From IMG/VR virus record IMGVR_UViG_3300035698_016731, positions 1-64,000 of that record: DNA of 64,000 bases, one strand, 5' to 3'. The stretch is from a virus. Shown piece by piece: positions 18,801 to 26,267 of the stretch; position 1 is the stretch's first letter, and each line of letters opens with the position of its first letter. Below the pieces are notes generated by a model, which was not told the origin of the DNA, searched no databases, and saw only the letters and a program-made list of their open reading frames with translations. Both the position numbers and the translations under genes were made by a program.

Positions 18801-20417
18801 TACAAAAAAGTCAAAAGCATTAACCTTTCTGGAATGAAAGATACTTATGATATAGAAATGGAATCTCCTAATAACAACTTTATAGCTAATGGATTTGTTA
18901 GCCACAACTCTCATGCTTGTACCTATTCTCTTATAGGATTCTGGTGTATGTATTGTAAAATACATTACCCCACTATCTTCTTTAAAGCTGTTATAGAGAA
19001 TACAAATGCTGATGATAGGTTATGGGAAGCTTTTGAAGGCATGAGACAAATGGACATTAAGACATATATGCCTGATGTAAACCATTCTCAAAGGAAAATA
19101 GACTTTTATGAAGATGGACTGATGTTGGGATTTGCTTTAATAAAAGGATGTGGAGATAAAGCAACTGAGAATATGTTAGGAGAAAGAGAGAAAAATGGAC
19201 CATTCAAAGATTTTCAAGATTTCCTAAAAAGAGTCAACAGAAGAGTAGTCAATAAGAGAGTAATAGAAGCTATGGCTTCAGTAGGAGCTTTTAAATGTTG
19301 GTATCCTAATCAACGGCAACTTATGGAAAACCTTGAACAAGTCTTAAAGGGAAAGTATGAGTGGAAGAAGGAGTATGACTTCTACTCTGAGAAACAAACT
19401 CTTATGATTATAAAGAAACTTATTCCATATATTTCTGGAGCTAATAAGATATATTTCTTTGACAGGCTCAGAAGTATGTTAGGAAGTTTGAAGATAGCTG
19501 AAATAAATTTCAAAAGAGCCAATAGGAATTATACAGTTATCGGAGAGCTTACTGAAGTGAAGTATAGTTATGCTGAAGCTCATAGTGGTAAGAAGATAGG
19601 TGGATTTGTAGACCAACAAAATCTCGGAAATGTATATGGGAATCTATATGATGGAGAAGAGTATATAGTTGGCTGGTTTGATGGAGACATAAAAGCTAAA
19701 CATAAAGATGAAATAGAAAGTATTAAATCTAATGTTATCTGCAGTAAGTTAGAAAATCTTGCTCATAAAACAAGAGTAGCTATCCGAGATTATGCTATCG
19801 TTGATGGCATTCAAGATATAGATATGATTCAACGATTAAAAAAGATAACTAAGTTTAGAATATTGAGAAGGAAAATAAAAAAGAGAGTAGATTGTACAAG
19901 TTGTAATAATTGTAAATTGAGAGAGACTTGCACCAACCCAGTTCCCTATTATTGTAGCAGGGATAAATTCTATGGATTTATAGTAGGAGAAGCACCAGGT
20001 AAGAATGAAGATGCAGGAGGAAAACCATTTATTGGAATGGCAGGAAGAGAGTTAAGAAATATGTTCGACAAGTGTGGAATGAGTGCGAGTGATTTCTTTA
20101 TAACTAATGCTGTAAAATGTCGTCCACCTAGCAATCGAAAACCTTATAAGAATGAAATAGGAAAGTGTGCAAGGTTATGGTTAGAAAAGGAAATAAAAAC
20201 CAACAAGCCAAAGGTAATACTAAGCTTGGGAAATACTCCTTTGTATTTCTTTACAGGAAAGGAGAGTGGTATACTTGAGATGAATGCAAAGTATGAATGG
20301 AACTATGACTATGAGTGTTTTGTAGTCTATTCAATTCATCCTGCAATGGTGTTGTATAACTCTGAGAACAGAGGGATGTTGAGAGAAAGTGTAACTTTAC
20401 TAAGTCAGTTTATATAA
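15846..20417 (+). CDS. dnaE: DNA polymerase III alpha (DnaE) with intein and C-terminal family-4 uracil-DNA glycosylase domain
   Basis: PHP HLHLHDEFSILDG and TNDCHY; GPGRGS, PDIDIDF, HAAGVV, KLDILGL, YQEQ, FNK/SH; UDG GEAPG..E..PFIG, NAVKCRPP.NR.P, HPA. Confidence 0.96.
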   Translation: MSRDFCHLHLHDEFSILDGLGHPSDYATRAKELGQKYIAQTNHASMGGLYRFHIAVTKEKIKPILGQELYYVDSLEDKGARRHHLILLAKNQKGIESLNSLITIGNEPENYYRRPRVTIDMICKYSKGLVCATACVAGPLGKENGEKDFRKLLECFAEDLYLEIQPHVWNEQSLLNQQAYRYWKKYGSKVIATNDCHYVLKKHATSHEVLLAIQRKAKWGDPKRWKFDIRDLYLKSREEMLDDFQRMENKFKTDLPNKFYIESLENTMLVASSCHFKLKDLPLNLPSVNDSDWTDDELFKKKCLQGYKKRFDFKKDSPEYLRYKKRLQFEIRTIIEGGFSRYFLIVLDLVEWARREDIMVGPGRGSVSSSLASYCLGISGIDPIHYGLIFSRFISPDRIDLPDIDIDFEDRKRDRVVTYLTEKYGEKCVSGVITFANMKGKMAIKDVARVFDVSIKETNDATKMIVTRSTGDARADFSIDDSFKVFEECIKYKKKHPEVIKHATVLEGNIRQVGQHAAGVVVSGDEIVPKRAAILRGSKGKILCYDKDDLDRIGLMKLDILGLRTLSILNDVQHLVKDRLGEVLDFEKIDVGDEEVLKMFGEGDTIGVFQFESKGMAKLCKRLAPIENFDMLIDANALHRPGCIKSGTMSRYEDVRHGRKKPDYIIPYMKKITEPTRGIVLYQEQIMQTMVFLAGFGWKTTDMIRKVVSKSKGDELFGKFEEEFVAKCKEKRNISPKLSRKLFKEIQTFGSYGFNKCICGDTKVLRASWYKGNNAYSIKHLWKIVNNIEYAKEVHGLSLRSKLRTYGYGFILSQHKNGRIKPNKIIDIYYNGEKEVYEIETVGGDFVEATLDHRFLTSKGWKKLEDIEIGDKVAFIGDYEKSNIRYNFTNGNFKLNSKKGKEGFQEKPNGQSVKFQRIRKDYLKKFGNKCMECGKEHKRIETAHLDGNRLNNKKSNLKNLCPRCHKVHDYSLGRKKKWDKGRPTIYKKVKSINLSGMKDTYDIEMESPNNNFIANGFVSHNSHACTYSLIGFWCMYCKIHYPTIFFKAVIENTNADDRLWEAFEGMRQMDIKTYMPDVNHSQRKIDFYEDGLMLGFALIKGCGDKATENMLGEREKNGPFKDFQDFLKRVNRRVVNKRVIEAMASVGAFKCWYPNQRQLMENLEQVLKGKYEWKKEYDFYSEKQTLMIIKKLIPYISGANKIYFFDRLRSMLGSLKIAEINFKRANRNYTVIGELTEVKYSYAEAHSGKKIGGFVDQQNLGNVYGNLYDGEEYIVGWFDGDIKAKHKDEIESIKSNVICSKLENLAHKTRVAIRDYAIVDGIQDIDMIQRLKKITKFRILRRKIKKRVDCTSCNNCKLRETCTNPVPYYCSRDKFYGFIVGEAPGKNEDAGGKPFIGMAGRELRNMFDKCGMSASDFFITNAVKCRPPSNRKPYKNEIGKCARLWLEKEIKTNKPKVILSLGNTPLYFFTGKESGILEMNAKYEWNYDYECFVVYSIHPAMVLYNSENRGMLRESVTLLSQFI
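18114..18908 (+). mobile_element. intein (265 aa) with HNH endonuclease, in DnaE
   Basis: GFNK|CICGDT ... TLDHRF ... YDIEM..NNFIANGFVSHN|SHA; internal CxxC..H.DGN..NN...NL..LC..CH. Confidence 0.93.
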
Positions 20418-20433
20418 AAAAGGGGGTGAATGA

Positions 20434-20631
20434 ATGAGAGTATTTGTAATCTTTGAATTTCTAATAGTTATTGGTCTACTGTGGTTATCAGCTAACATAG
20501 TTCAATATGCTTGGTTCAAAGAGTTGAGAAGTGGGAGATTCTTCTGCTTATCAAACAAGTGGATAAGGGAAGATGATGAACGACTAGAACAAAAAATCAA
20601 AGACAAAAAGAGGAGAAAAAAAGATGAATAA
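20434..20631 (+). CDS. small membrane protein
   Basis: N-terminal TM, precedes SPFH gene. Confidence 0.6.
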   Translation: MRVFVIFEFLIVIGLLWLSANIVQYAWFKELRSGRFFCLSNKWIREDDERLEQKIKDKKRRKKDE

Positions 20632-21619
20632 AGGATTTATATTTGCACTTGCTGGAGTTATTGTATTGTTCTTTTTACTTTTCACTTTCGGCTGGGTTAA
20701 TATTGACCCAACAGAAGTTGGTGTAGAAGTTAATAAGATAATGGGAAAGGTTGACCCTGAACCTCTCGGAGTTGGTTATCATTTCTTTAATAGATTCAAA
20801 ACTGATGTTGAAGTCTATAAGGTAGCCTCTCGTGCATTTCCTGGTGATGTAGACAAGAGTGAAGAGGAAGAAAAATATACTCTTGAACTTAAAACTAATG
20901 ATGGACAAAGAGTATCAGTAGACCTTACTATAATTTATGCCCTTAAATCTAAAGAAGTACCTGTACTTCATGCTAAAGTAGGAAGGAATTTTGAAGATGA
21001 AATACTTCTGCCTCAAGTTCGCAGTGAAGCAAGATTAGCCATAGGTTCTTACTCTGCAGAGGAAATCTATCAAGGTAAGGTTCGAGATGAAATACAGCAA
21101 GGTATTAAAGCTAAACTTATTGCAGCTTTAACATCTCACCCAGCTTTCATCGTTCAAAGTGCTTTAATGAGAGATTTCCAATTTAGTCCAGCTTTTGAGA
21201 AAGCTATTGAGTCTAAGAAACTTGCTGCTCAGCAGGTTGAGATAAACAAGAATAGAGCATTAGCTCAGGAAGAAGAAGCAAAAAGAGTAGAAGCTATAGC
21301 AAGAGGAAAGAAACTACAAGCTATTCAAAATGCAACAGGTGTTGCTGAGTCAGTCAAAATTAATGCTGATGCAGAAAGATATGCATTAGAACAAAAAGCT
21401 ATTGGTAGTTTAGCTATCTACAAAGCTGATGCAGAAGGAAAGAGACTTCAGGCTGAGGCTCTTGGTGGTGGACACAATGTAGTAGCTCTCAAGTTTGCTT
21501 CTACTTTACCTAGAAACTTGAAGATTATTGCTGTTCCAGTAGGGAAAGACTCTACAAGTATCATGGACTTAAATGGAGTATTCAAAGGCATGTTCACTAG
21601 TCCAAAAATAGGTGAATAA
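20624..21619 (+). CDS. SPFH/Band 7/prohibitin-family protein
   Basis: N-terminal TM, GVGYHF, T.DG..V.VD.TI.Y, FEKAIESK..A.Q, Ala/Glu coiled coil. Confidence 0.9.
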   Translation: MNKGFIFALAGVIVLFFLLFTFGWVNIDPTEVGVEVNKIMGKVDPEPLGVGYHFFNRFKTDVEVYKVASRAFPGDVDKSEEEEKYTLELKTNDGQRVSVDLTIIYALKSKEVPVLHAKVGRNFEDEILLPQVRSEARLAIGSYSAEEIYQGKVRDEIQQGIKAKLIAALTSHPAFIVQSALMRDFQFSPAFEKAIESKKLAAQQVEINKNRALAQEEEAKRVEAIARGKKLQAIQNATGVAESVKINADAERYALEQKAIGSLAIYKADAEGKRLQAEALGGGHNVVALKFASTLPRNLKIIAVPVGKDSTSIMDLNGVFKGMFTSPKIGE

Positions 21620-21620
21620 G

Positions 21621-21896
21621 ATGAAGAAAGGTTTTACTTTGATAGAAATCATAATTATAATTATGGTAATGGTAATACTTGTTGCAGTTGCTATTCCTAA
21701 ATTTGCAGAATTACGCAAGAGAGCTGAACAGACAGAGAAGAAGAGAAGAAAAGCTGAACGATGGGGCAACTCCTTATCTGATAAGGTGTCTGATATTACT
21801 ATGGAGTATGACAATTCAACTAATCAAATAAAATTCACTGTTCACAAAGTGGATGGAAGCAGAAGTAGAGGGTATCTATATGTTCATGATGAATAA
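21621..21896 (+). CDS. type IV prepilin-like protein
   Basis: MKKG|FTLIE + hydrophobic run ending AIP. Confidence 0.8.
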   Translation: MKKGFTLIEIIIIIMVMVILVAVAIPKFAELRKRAEQTEKKRRKAERWGNSLSDKVSDITMEYDNSTNQIKFTVHKVDGSRSRGYLYVHDE

Positions 21897-22197
21897 AAGG
21901 AAAACTGGTTTTACTTTAGTTGAAGTAATGATAGTTATAGCTATATTAGGTTTACTTGTTGCTATTGTAGCACCTGCTATTATGAAGGCTAAAGAAAAGA
22001 CTGAGAACCACATTAATTATGATAAGAGAATAGAAAGATTCTCAAAAAGGTATGGGTATGAGATGGGAGATGTGAGAATCTTTCTTGAAACTTACGATTT
22101 TACCAACAAGGACTTTATGGAATCAGGTGTATTAAGAGGACAGTTTGAGAGATGGTGTGATGGAGAAGAAACTCAATTTCTCAAAAGAAGAGATTAA
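21889..22197 (+). CDS. type IV prepilin-like protein
   Basis: MNKRKTG|FTLVEVMIVIAILGLLVAIVAP. Confidence 0.85.
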   Translation: MNKRKTGFTLVEVMIVIAILGLLVAIVAPAIMKAKEKTENHINYDKRIERFSKRYGYEMGDVRIFLETYDFTNKDFMESGVLRGQFERWCDGEETQFLKRRD

Positions 22198-22214
22198 CCA
22201 AAAAGGAGGGTACC

Positions 22215-22502
22215 ATGGAAGATGAAGTAAAAAAAGAAGAAGTCCAAAAAGAAGGAGCTTTTATTGTTTCTCTAAAAAGGAACAACAAGAAGATTCGGTA
22301 TATCCGATTCATTAGAAACCAAAATCTTGTAATAACTTGCTTAGACCACATTAAACATCTATGGGATTTTGTATACAAAGGACAGATTATTCATTGTTCC
22401 AATGAGAAAGTTTTTATCAAGGGAATAGCTAACATACTAAAGATAGATAAAGTGTATGTTAGTAGGTCAATAGTCCAAGATATTAAAGAAGAAAAAATTT
22501 AA
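22215..22502 (+). CDS. hypothetical protein
   Basis: RBS AAGGAGG. Confidence 0.6.
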   Translation: MEDEVKKEEVQKEGAFIVSLKRNNKKIRYIRFIRNQNLVITCLDHIKHLWDFVYKGQIIHCSNEKVFIKGIANILKIDKVYVSRSIVQDIKEEKI

Positions 22503-22515
22503 TATTTCTTAGGAC

Positions 22516-22544
22516 TTTTCAGGTGTTTTTCTTTAATATATAAT
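22516..22544 (+). promoter_or_regulatory. possible sigma70 promoter for recombination module
   Basis: TTTTCA-N17-TATAAT. Confidence 0.5.
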
Positions 22545-22558
22545 AAAGGAGATAAATA

Positions 22559-23068
22559 GTGAACATAACTAACATCGCAAGACGCATTAAGAAGCTAATT
22601 CTCAGCATGGACATCAGCAGAGAAGAGTATGATATTATTAAGGTTGCAAGTATTGACGAAAGAGCATTGAATGAAGCTTGTATACACCATCCTCGCTTGT
22701 ATGCTTTTTGGGCTACGATTTTCCGTATCTCTGAAAGTAATATGAACAAGGCTGAGTTTGAGCTTGATAAGTATAAAGCTGAACTCGACAGTAAAATTAG
22801 AAAGAAATGGGAAGGTGAGAAGTTTACAGAAACCAGTATTAAGAATGAAGTATTGAGAGATAAAGGCTACCAAGAATTGCAATTAGAATTACTGGACAAG
22901 CAAGAATCACGAGGGATTTTTAAAGCTTTTGTTTCCTCTTTGGAACAGAGAAAGGATATGCTCTTTACTCTGGCTGCAACAGAGAGAAAAGAAATGGAGA
23001 CAAAGATTGAGCTACAGTCTAAAGCTGTACAAGAGTATTACAAGAACAAAAAAACCAAAACCAAATAA
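22559..23068 (+). CDS. UvsY-like recombination mediator
   Basis: helical protein with K.TE..IK..V..D..Y and LEQRKDML; lies before SSB and RecA. Confidence 0.65.
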   Translation: MNITNIARRIKKLILSMDISREEYDIIKVASIDERALNEACIHHPRLYAFWATIFRISESNMNKAEFELDKYKAELDSKIRKKWEGEKFTETSIKNEVLRDKGYQELQLELLDKQESRGIFKAFVSSLEQRKDMLFTLAATERKEMETKIELQSKAVQEYYKNKKTKTK

Positions 23069-23080
23069 GGAGGGTGTTGT

Positions 23081-23968
23081 ATGGGCAAATTGAGCAGAGA
23101 TGCAATTAAAAAGCGTTCAAAAGAACGGCATGGTGGGGGAGAGTTCTGGAAACCAAAAGATGGGAAGAACTTTGTAAGGCTTCTTCCCCCTGCTGGTGAG
23201 TTAGAAGAACCATGGAAGGAAGTTTATATCCACTATGATGTAGGAGAAGAAAGTACATCTACTGTATGTCCTTTTAAGAACTACAAGAAACGTTGTCCTA
23301 TCTGTTCTGAAGTTAGGAAGCTGTGGAAGGGTGATGATGATGAAAGAGCACTAGCTTCTCGAAGAGGAGCTAAACGTCAATATTTCACTCCTATGATTGA
23401 CCTTACTAACGAAGATGCTGGAATACAAGTTTGGCGTCACGGAGTTAGTGTAGTTAATCAGTTACTTGATTTATTTGATGATGATGATGATGAGGATAGA
23501 GTAGTTGACTTTACTAGCATTAAGAATGGCAATAAAGTAATAGTAGTGCGCCATCAGAAAGCTAAGAACACTGAATTTATCGACTACAATATTCGCCTTG
23601 GCAAATCTCATGTAGTAGAAGATTGGAAGAAGCTAAAAGAAGAAATGCCTGAATTAGATAAGTATGGCATCAGTCTTAGCTTTGAAGAAATTGAGGCTTT
23701 GATTAATGGAGACAAAACTTCTTCTGCTCCTCCTCCTGCTGATGATGATGGAGAAGATGATGATGAGGTAAAAAGAAAACCTGTTGAGGAAGAGGATGAT
23801 GATGATGATGACCCACCTTCAAGTAAGAAAAGACGTGATGATGATGATGACAATGAAGGTCTTGATGAAGAAGGTAAGGATGAGGAGTTAGATAAGGAAG
23901 ATGATGATGGAGATGATGATGACCCACCAAGAAAGTCTTCATCTAAAGTAAAAAGGAGAAAAAGATAA
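23081..23968 (+). CDS. gp32-like single-stranded DNA-binding protein
   Basis: FWKPKDGKN.VRLLPP, H..C..CPIC zinc site, long acidic tail. Confidence 0.82.
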   Translation: MGKLSRDAIKKRSKERHGGGEFWKPKDGKNFVRLLPPAGELEEPWKEVYIHYDVGEESTSTVCPFKNYKKRCPICSEVRKLWKGDDDERALASRRGAKRQYFTPMIDLTNEDAGIQVWRHGVSVVNQLLDLFDDDDDEDRVVDFTSIKNGNKVIVVRHQKAKNTEFIDYNIRLGKSHVVEDWKKLKEEMPELDKYGISLSFEEIEALINGDKTSSAPPPADDDGEDDDEVKRKPVEEEDDDDDDPPSSKKRRDDDDDNEGLDEEGKDEELDKEDDDGDDDDPPRKSSSKVKRRKR

Positions 23969-23971
23969 ATA

Positions 23972-24940
23972 ATGGACAGAAAACCTGTAAAGAAAAGAAA
24001 TTCTGAGATTGACAAAAAGATTAAGGATTTAGCAAATGCTTTAAAGAAGGACAATGTCTTCACAGGAGACAACATAGAAGCAACCGAGTTCGTCAGCTCA
24101 GGGATTCTGTCCATAGATTATGTTCTAGGTGGTCGTGGAGTGCCGAAGGGTAGGATTATTGAACTTTTCGGCACACCATCCTCTGGAAAGACAACTCTTG
24201 TTCTCCAGCTTATACGAAACTTTCAAAAGGTTGGACTCACTTGTGCTTTCTTGGATGTTGAACATGCTCTAGCTCCAGAGTGGGCAGAGTTAATAGGTGT
24301 AGATTTAAGAAACCTTTTATTCTCTGAACCAGAAAATGGAGAAGATACTTTCGACCTCATAAAGAAATTAGTGAAAGGTGGTGTAGATTTAGTAGTTGTT
24401 GACTCCGTTGCAGCTCTAGTTCCAAGAGATGAACTTGAACAAGAAGCAGGGAAAAGAAATATTGCAACACAAGCTCGTCTCATGTCTCAAGAGTTAAAGA
24501 AGCTGAGCTCTTATATTGCTAAAACTGATACCACAGTAATCTTCTTGAACCAAACTCGCAGTAAGGTAGGTATTATGTTTGGGAATCCTGAAGACACTCC
24601 TGGTGGGTCTGCCCTTAAATTTTATTCCTCTATTCGTTTACGAATGAGTGTGAAGGGAAAATTAAAGAAAAGCAATGGAGAGATTGTTGGAGTAACTTCT
24701 AAAGCTAACTGTGTTAAAAGTAAAGTCTTTATTCCATTCAAGTGTGCTGTTATAGATATATATTATACCAGAGGTATAAGCAAAGAGAGTGGAATATGGG
24801 AATTGGCTTTAGAAGGAGATGTTATCGAGAAAACAAATAAAGCAGGAACTTATAGATTTGGAGAAATCGAGTTCAGGAAGAAAGACTTTATAGAACAAAT
24901 TCTAAAGAGCAAAGAATTCAAAAAGGAGCTATTCGGATGA
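23972..24940 (+). CDS. recA: RecA/UvsX recombinase
   Basis: GRIIELFGTPSSGKTT, DVEHAL, VVDSVAALVP, QARLMSQ, PGG.ALKFYSSIR. Confidence 0.97.
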   Translation: MDRKPVKKRNSEIDKKIKDLANALKKDNVFTGDNIEATEFVSSGILSIDYVLGGRGVPKGRIIELFGTPSSGKTTLVLQLIRNFQKVGLTCAFLDVEHALAPEWAELIGVDLRNLLFSEPENGEDTFDLIKKLVKGGVDLVVVDSVAALVPRDELEQEAGKRNIATQARLMSQELKKLSSYIAKTDTTVIFLNQTRSKVGIMFGNPEDTPGGSALKFYSSIRLRMSVKGKLKKSNGEIVGVTSKANCVKSKVFIPFKCAVIDIYYTRGISKESGIWELALEGDVIEKTNKAGTYRFGEIEFRKKDFIEQILKSKEFKKELFG

Positions 24941-25245
24941 TTGATTTCAATATAACAAAGTTAGTAGGAAAGACAATTGCAGTTAAATATAAAAATCGTT
25001 GTAAAAACTGCTACAATGGAAAATTAGAAGCTAAACAAGTCATAGATATTTCAGTAAACCAAAAAATGATTTTACTTGCTGGTGAGAGGGGTAGGTGTAC
25101 GGAATGGATAGAAGTTACAGTTTTTAATGATAATTATGAAATAGTAGATGTAACCAAAGGTCAAGTTCAGTCTATAGAAGATGTAATCACTGATGATGGC
25201 GATGATGATGATGACGCTGTTGTTGATGAGGTAGTATTAAAATGA
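24937..25245 (+). CDS. hypothetical protein
   Basis: ATGA coupling at both ends. Confidence 0.6.
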   Translation: MIDFNITKLVGKTIAVKYKNRCKNCYNGKLEAKQVIDISVNQKMILLAGERGRCTEWIEVTVFNDNYEIVDVTKGQVQSIEDVITDDGDDDDDAVVDEVVLK

Positions 25246-26267
25246 GATTCATTCATTGTGCAGATTTACATTTTTCTAATAGTTTTCCATACTCTCGTAT
25301 GAATCCTGAGAGTAGTCTCAACAAAAGATTTGAGTCTCAAATATTTCTTTTTGAAGAAATGTGTGACTATGCCTTACAACATAAAATTCAATATATCCTT
25401 ATCGCAGGAGATATATTCCATACCAACAATCCTTCTTCTAAAGTCCGAGCAGAAGTTGCTTTACGATTTGCTTGGTATTCAAAAGAAATTGAGTTTATAA
25501 TATGTGCTGGAAATCACGATACCTGTGGACAATGGTATAGCCTTCAAGATATTGCTTATATGAATAATAGAAATTTTTATTTCTATTGGAAAGCTGATAC
25601 TTATGGACTACAAGAAGGAACAATTCAAGTATTACCATGGGGATATAAACTAGAAGATATTACCTCTTTTAAGAAAAGCAAATTTTCAAGAATCCTCTTA
25701 GCTCACTGTGAAATAAGAGGAGCTAAAATGGACAATGGATATATCTGTGAAGACGGATTTGAAGTTGAAGATTTAAAGAAATTGGGATTCGATTATATAG
25801 CTCTTGGACACTTTCACACTTATCAGAAGATAAGCAAGAGCATAAGATACTCTGGCTCAATGTATCCTAGAGATTTTAAAGAGATGGGAAGTGAAAAGTA
25901 TTTTCTTGATGTAAATATTGAAGAAGAACAGAGTCCTTCAGTAACTAGAATAATATCTTGTGAAGATAAATTTAAAATCTTAAATATCGAAGATGATATA
26001 AAAGATGTGGAGAAACAAATTGTGAGACTTATTATAAATCATGATTATGAAGGCTCAGTTTCTGAGATAGTTCGCAAGCTTTATCAAGCTGGTGCTGACT
26101 ATGTAGACAAGTCTTTTATTCGCAAAAAGTTTGAAGGAAAAGTCAGCCGAGATGTTATCTTAAATACATCTTTAGAAAAAACAATTAAAAAGTTCCTTAA
26201 AATTAATAAAATAAAAGACAAGGCTATAGAACAAGAAGCCATAGACATCTTGAAGGAGATGGAATGA
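25242..26267 (+). CDS. sbcD: SbcD/Mre11/gp47-like nuclease
   Basis: ADLH, AGDIFH, GNHD, LAH, LGHFH, YSGS. Confidence 0.93.
   Translation: MRFIHCADLHFSNSFPYSRMNPESSLNKRFESQIFLFEEMCDYALQHKIQYILIAGDIFHTNNPSSKVRAEVALRFAWYSKEIEFIICAGNHDTCGQWYSLQDIAYMNNRNFYFYWKADTYGLQEGTIQVLPWGYKLEDITSFKKSKFSRILLAHCEIRGAKMDNGYICEDGFEVEDLKKLGFDYIALGHFHTYQKISKSIRYSGSMYPRDFKEMGSEKYFLDVNIEEEQSPSVTRIISCEDKFKILNIEDDIKDVEKQIVRLIINHDYEGSVSEIVRKLYQAGADYVDKSFIRKKFEGKVSRDVILNTSLEKTIKKFLKINKIKDKAIEQEAIDILKEME

Noticed and set aside
23608-24114. Minus-strand Ser-rich and His-rich ORFs (23608-24114, 23703-23942)
   Set aside because: Antisense shadows of the GAT repeats in the SSB acidic tail.
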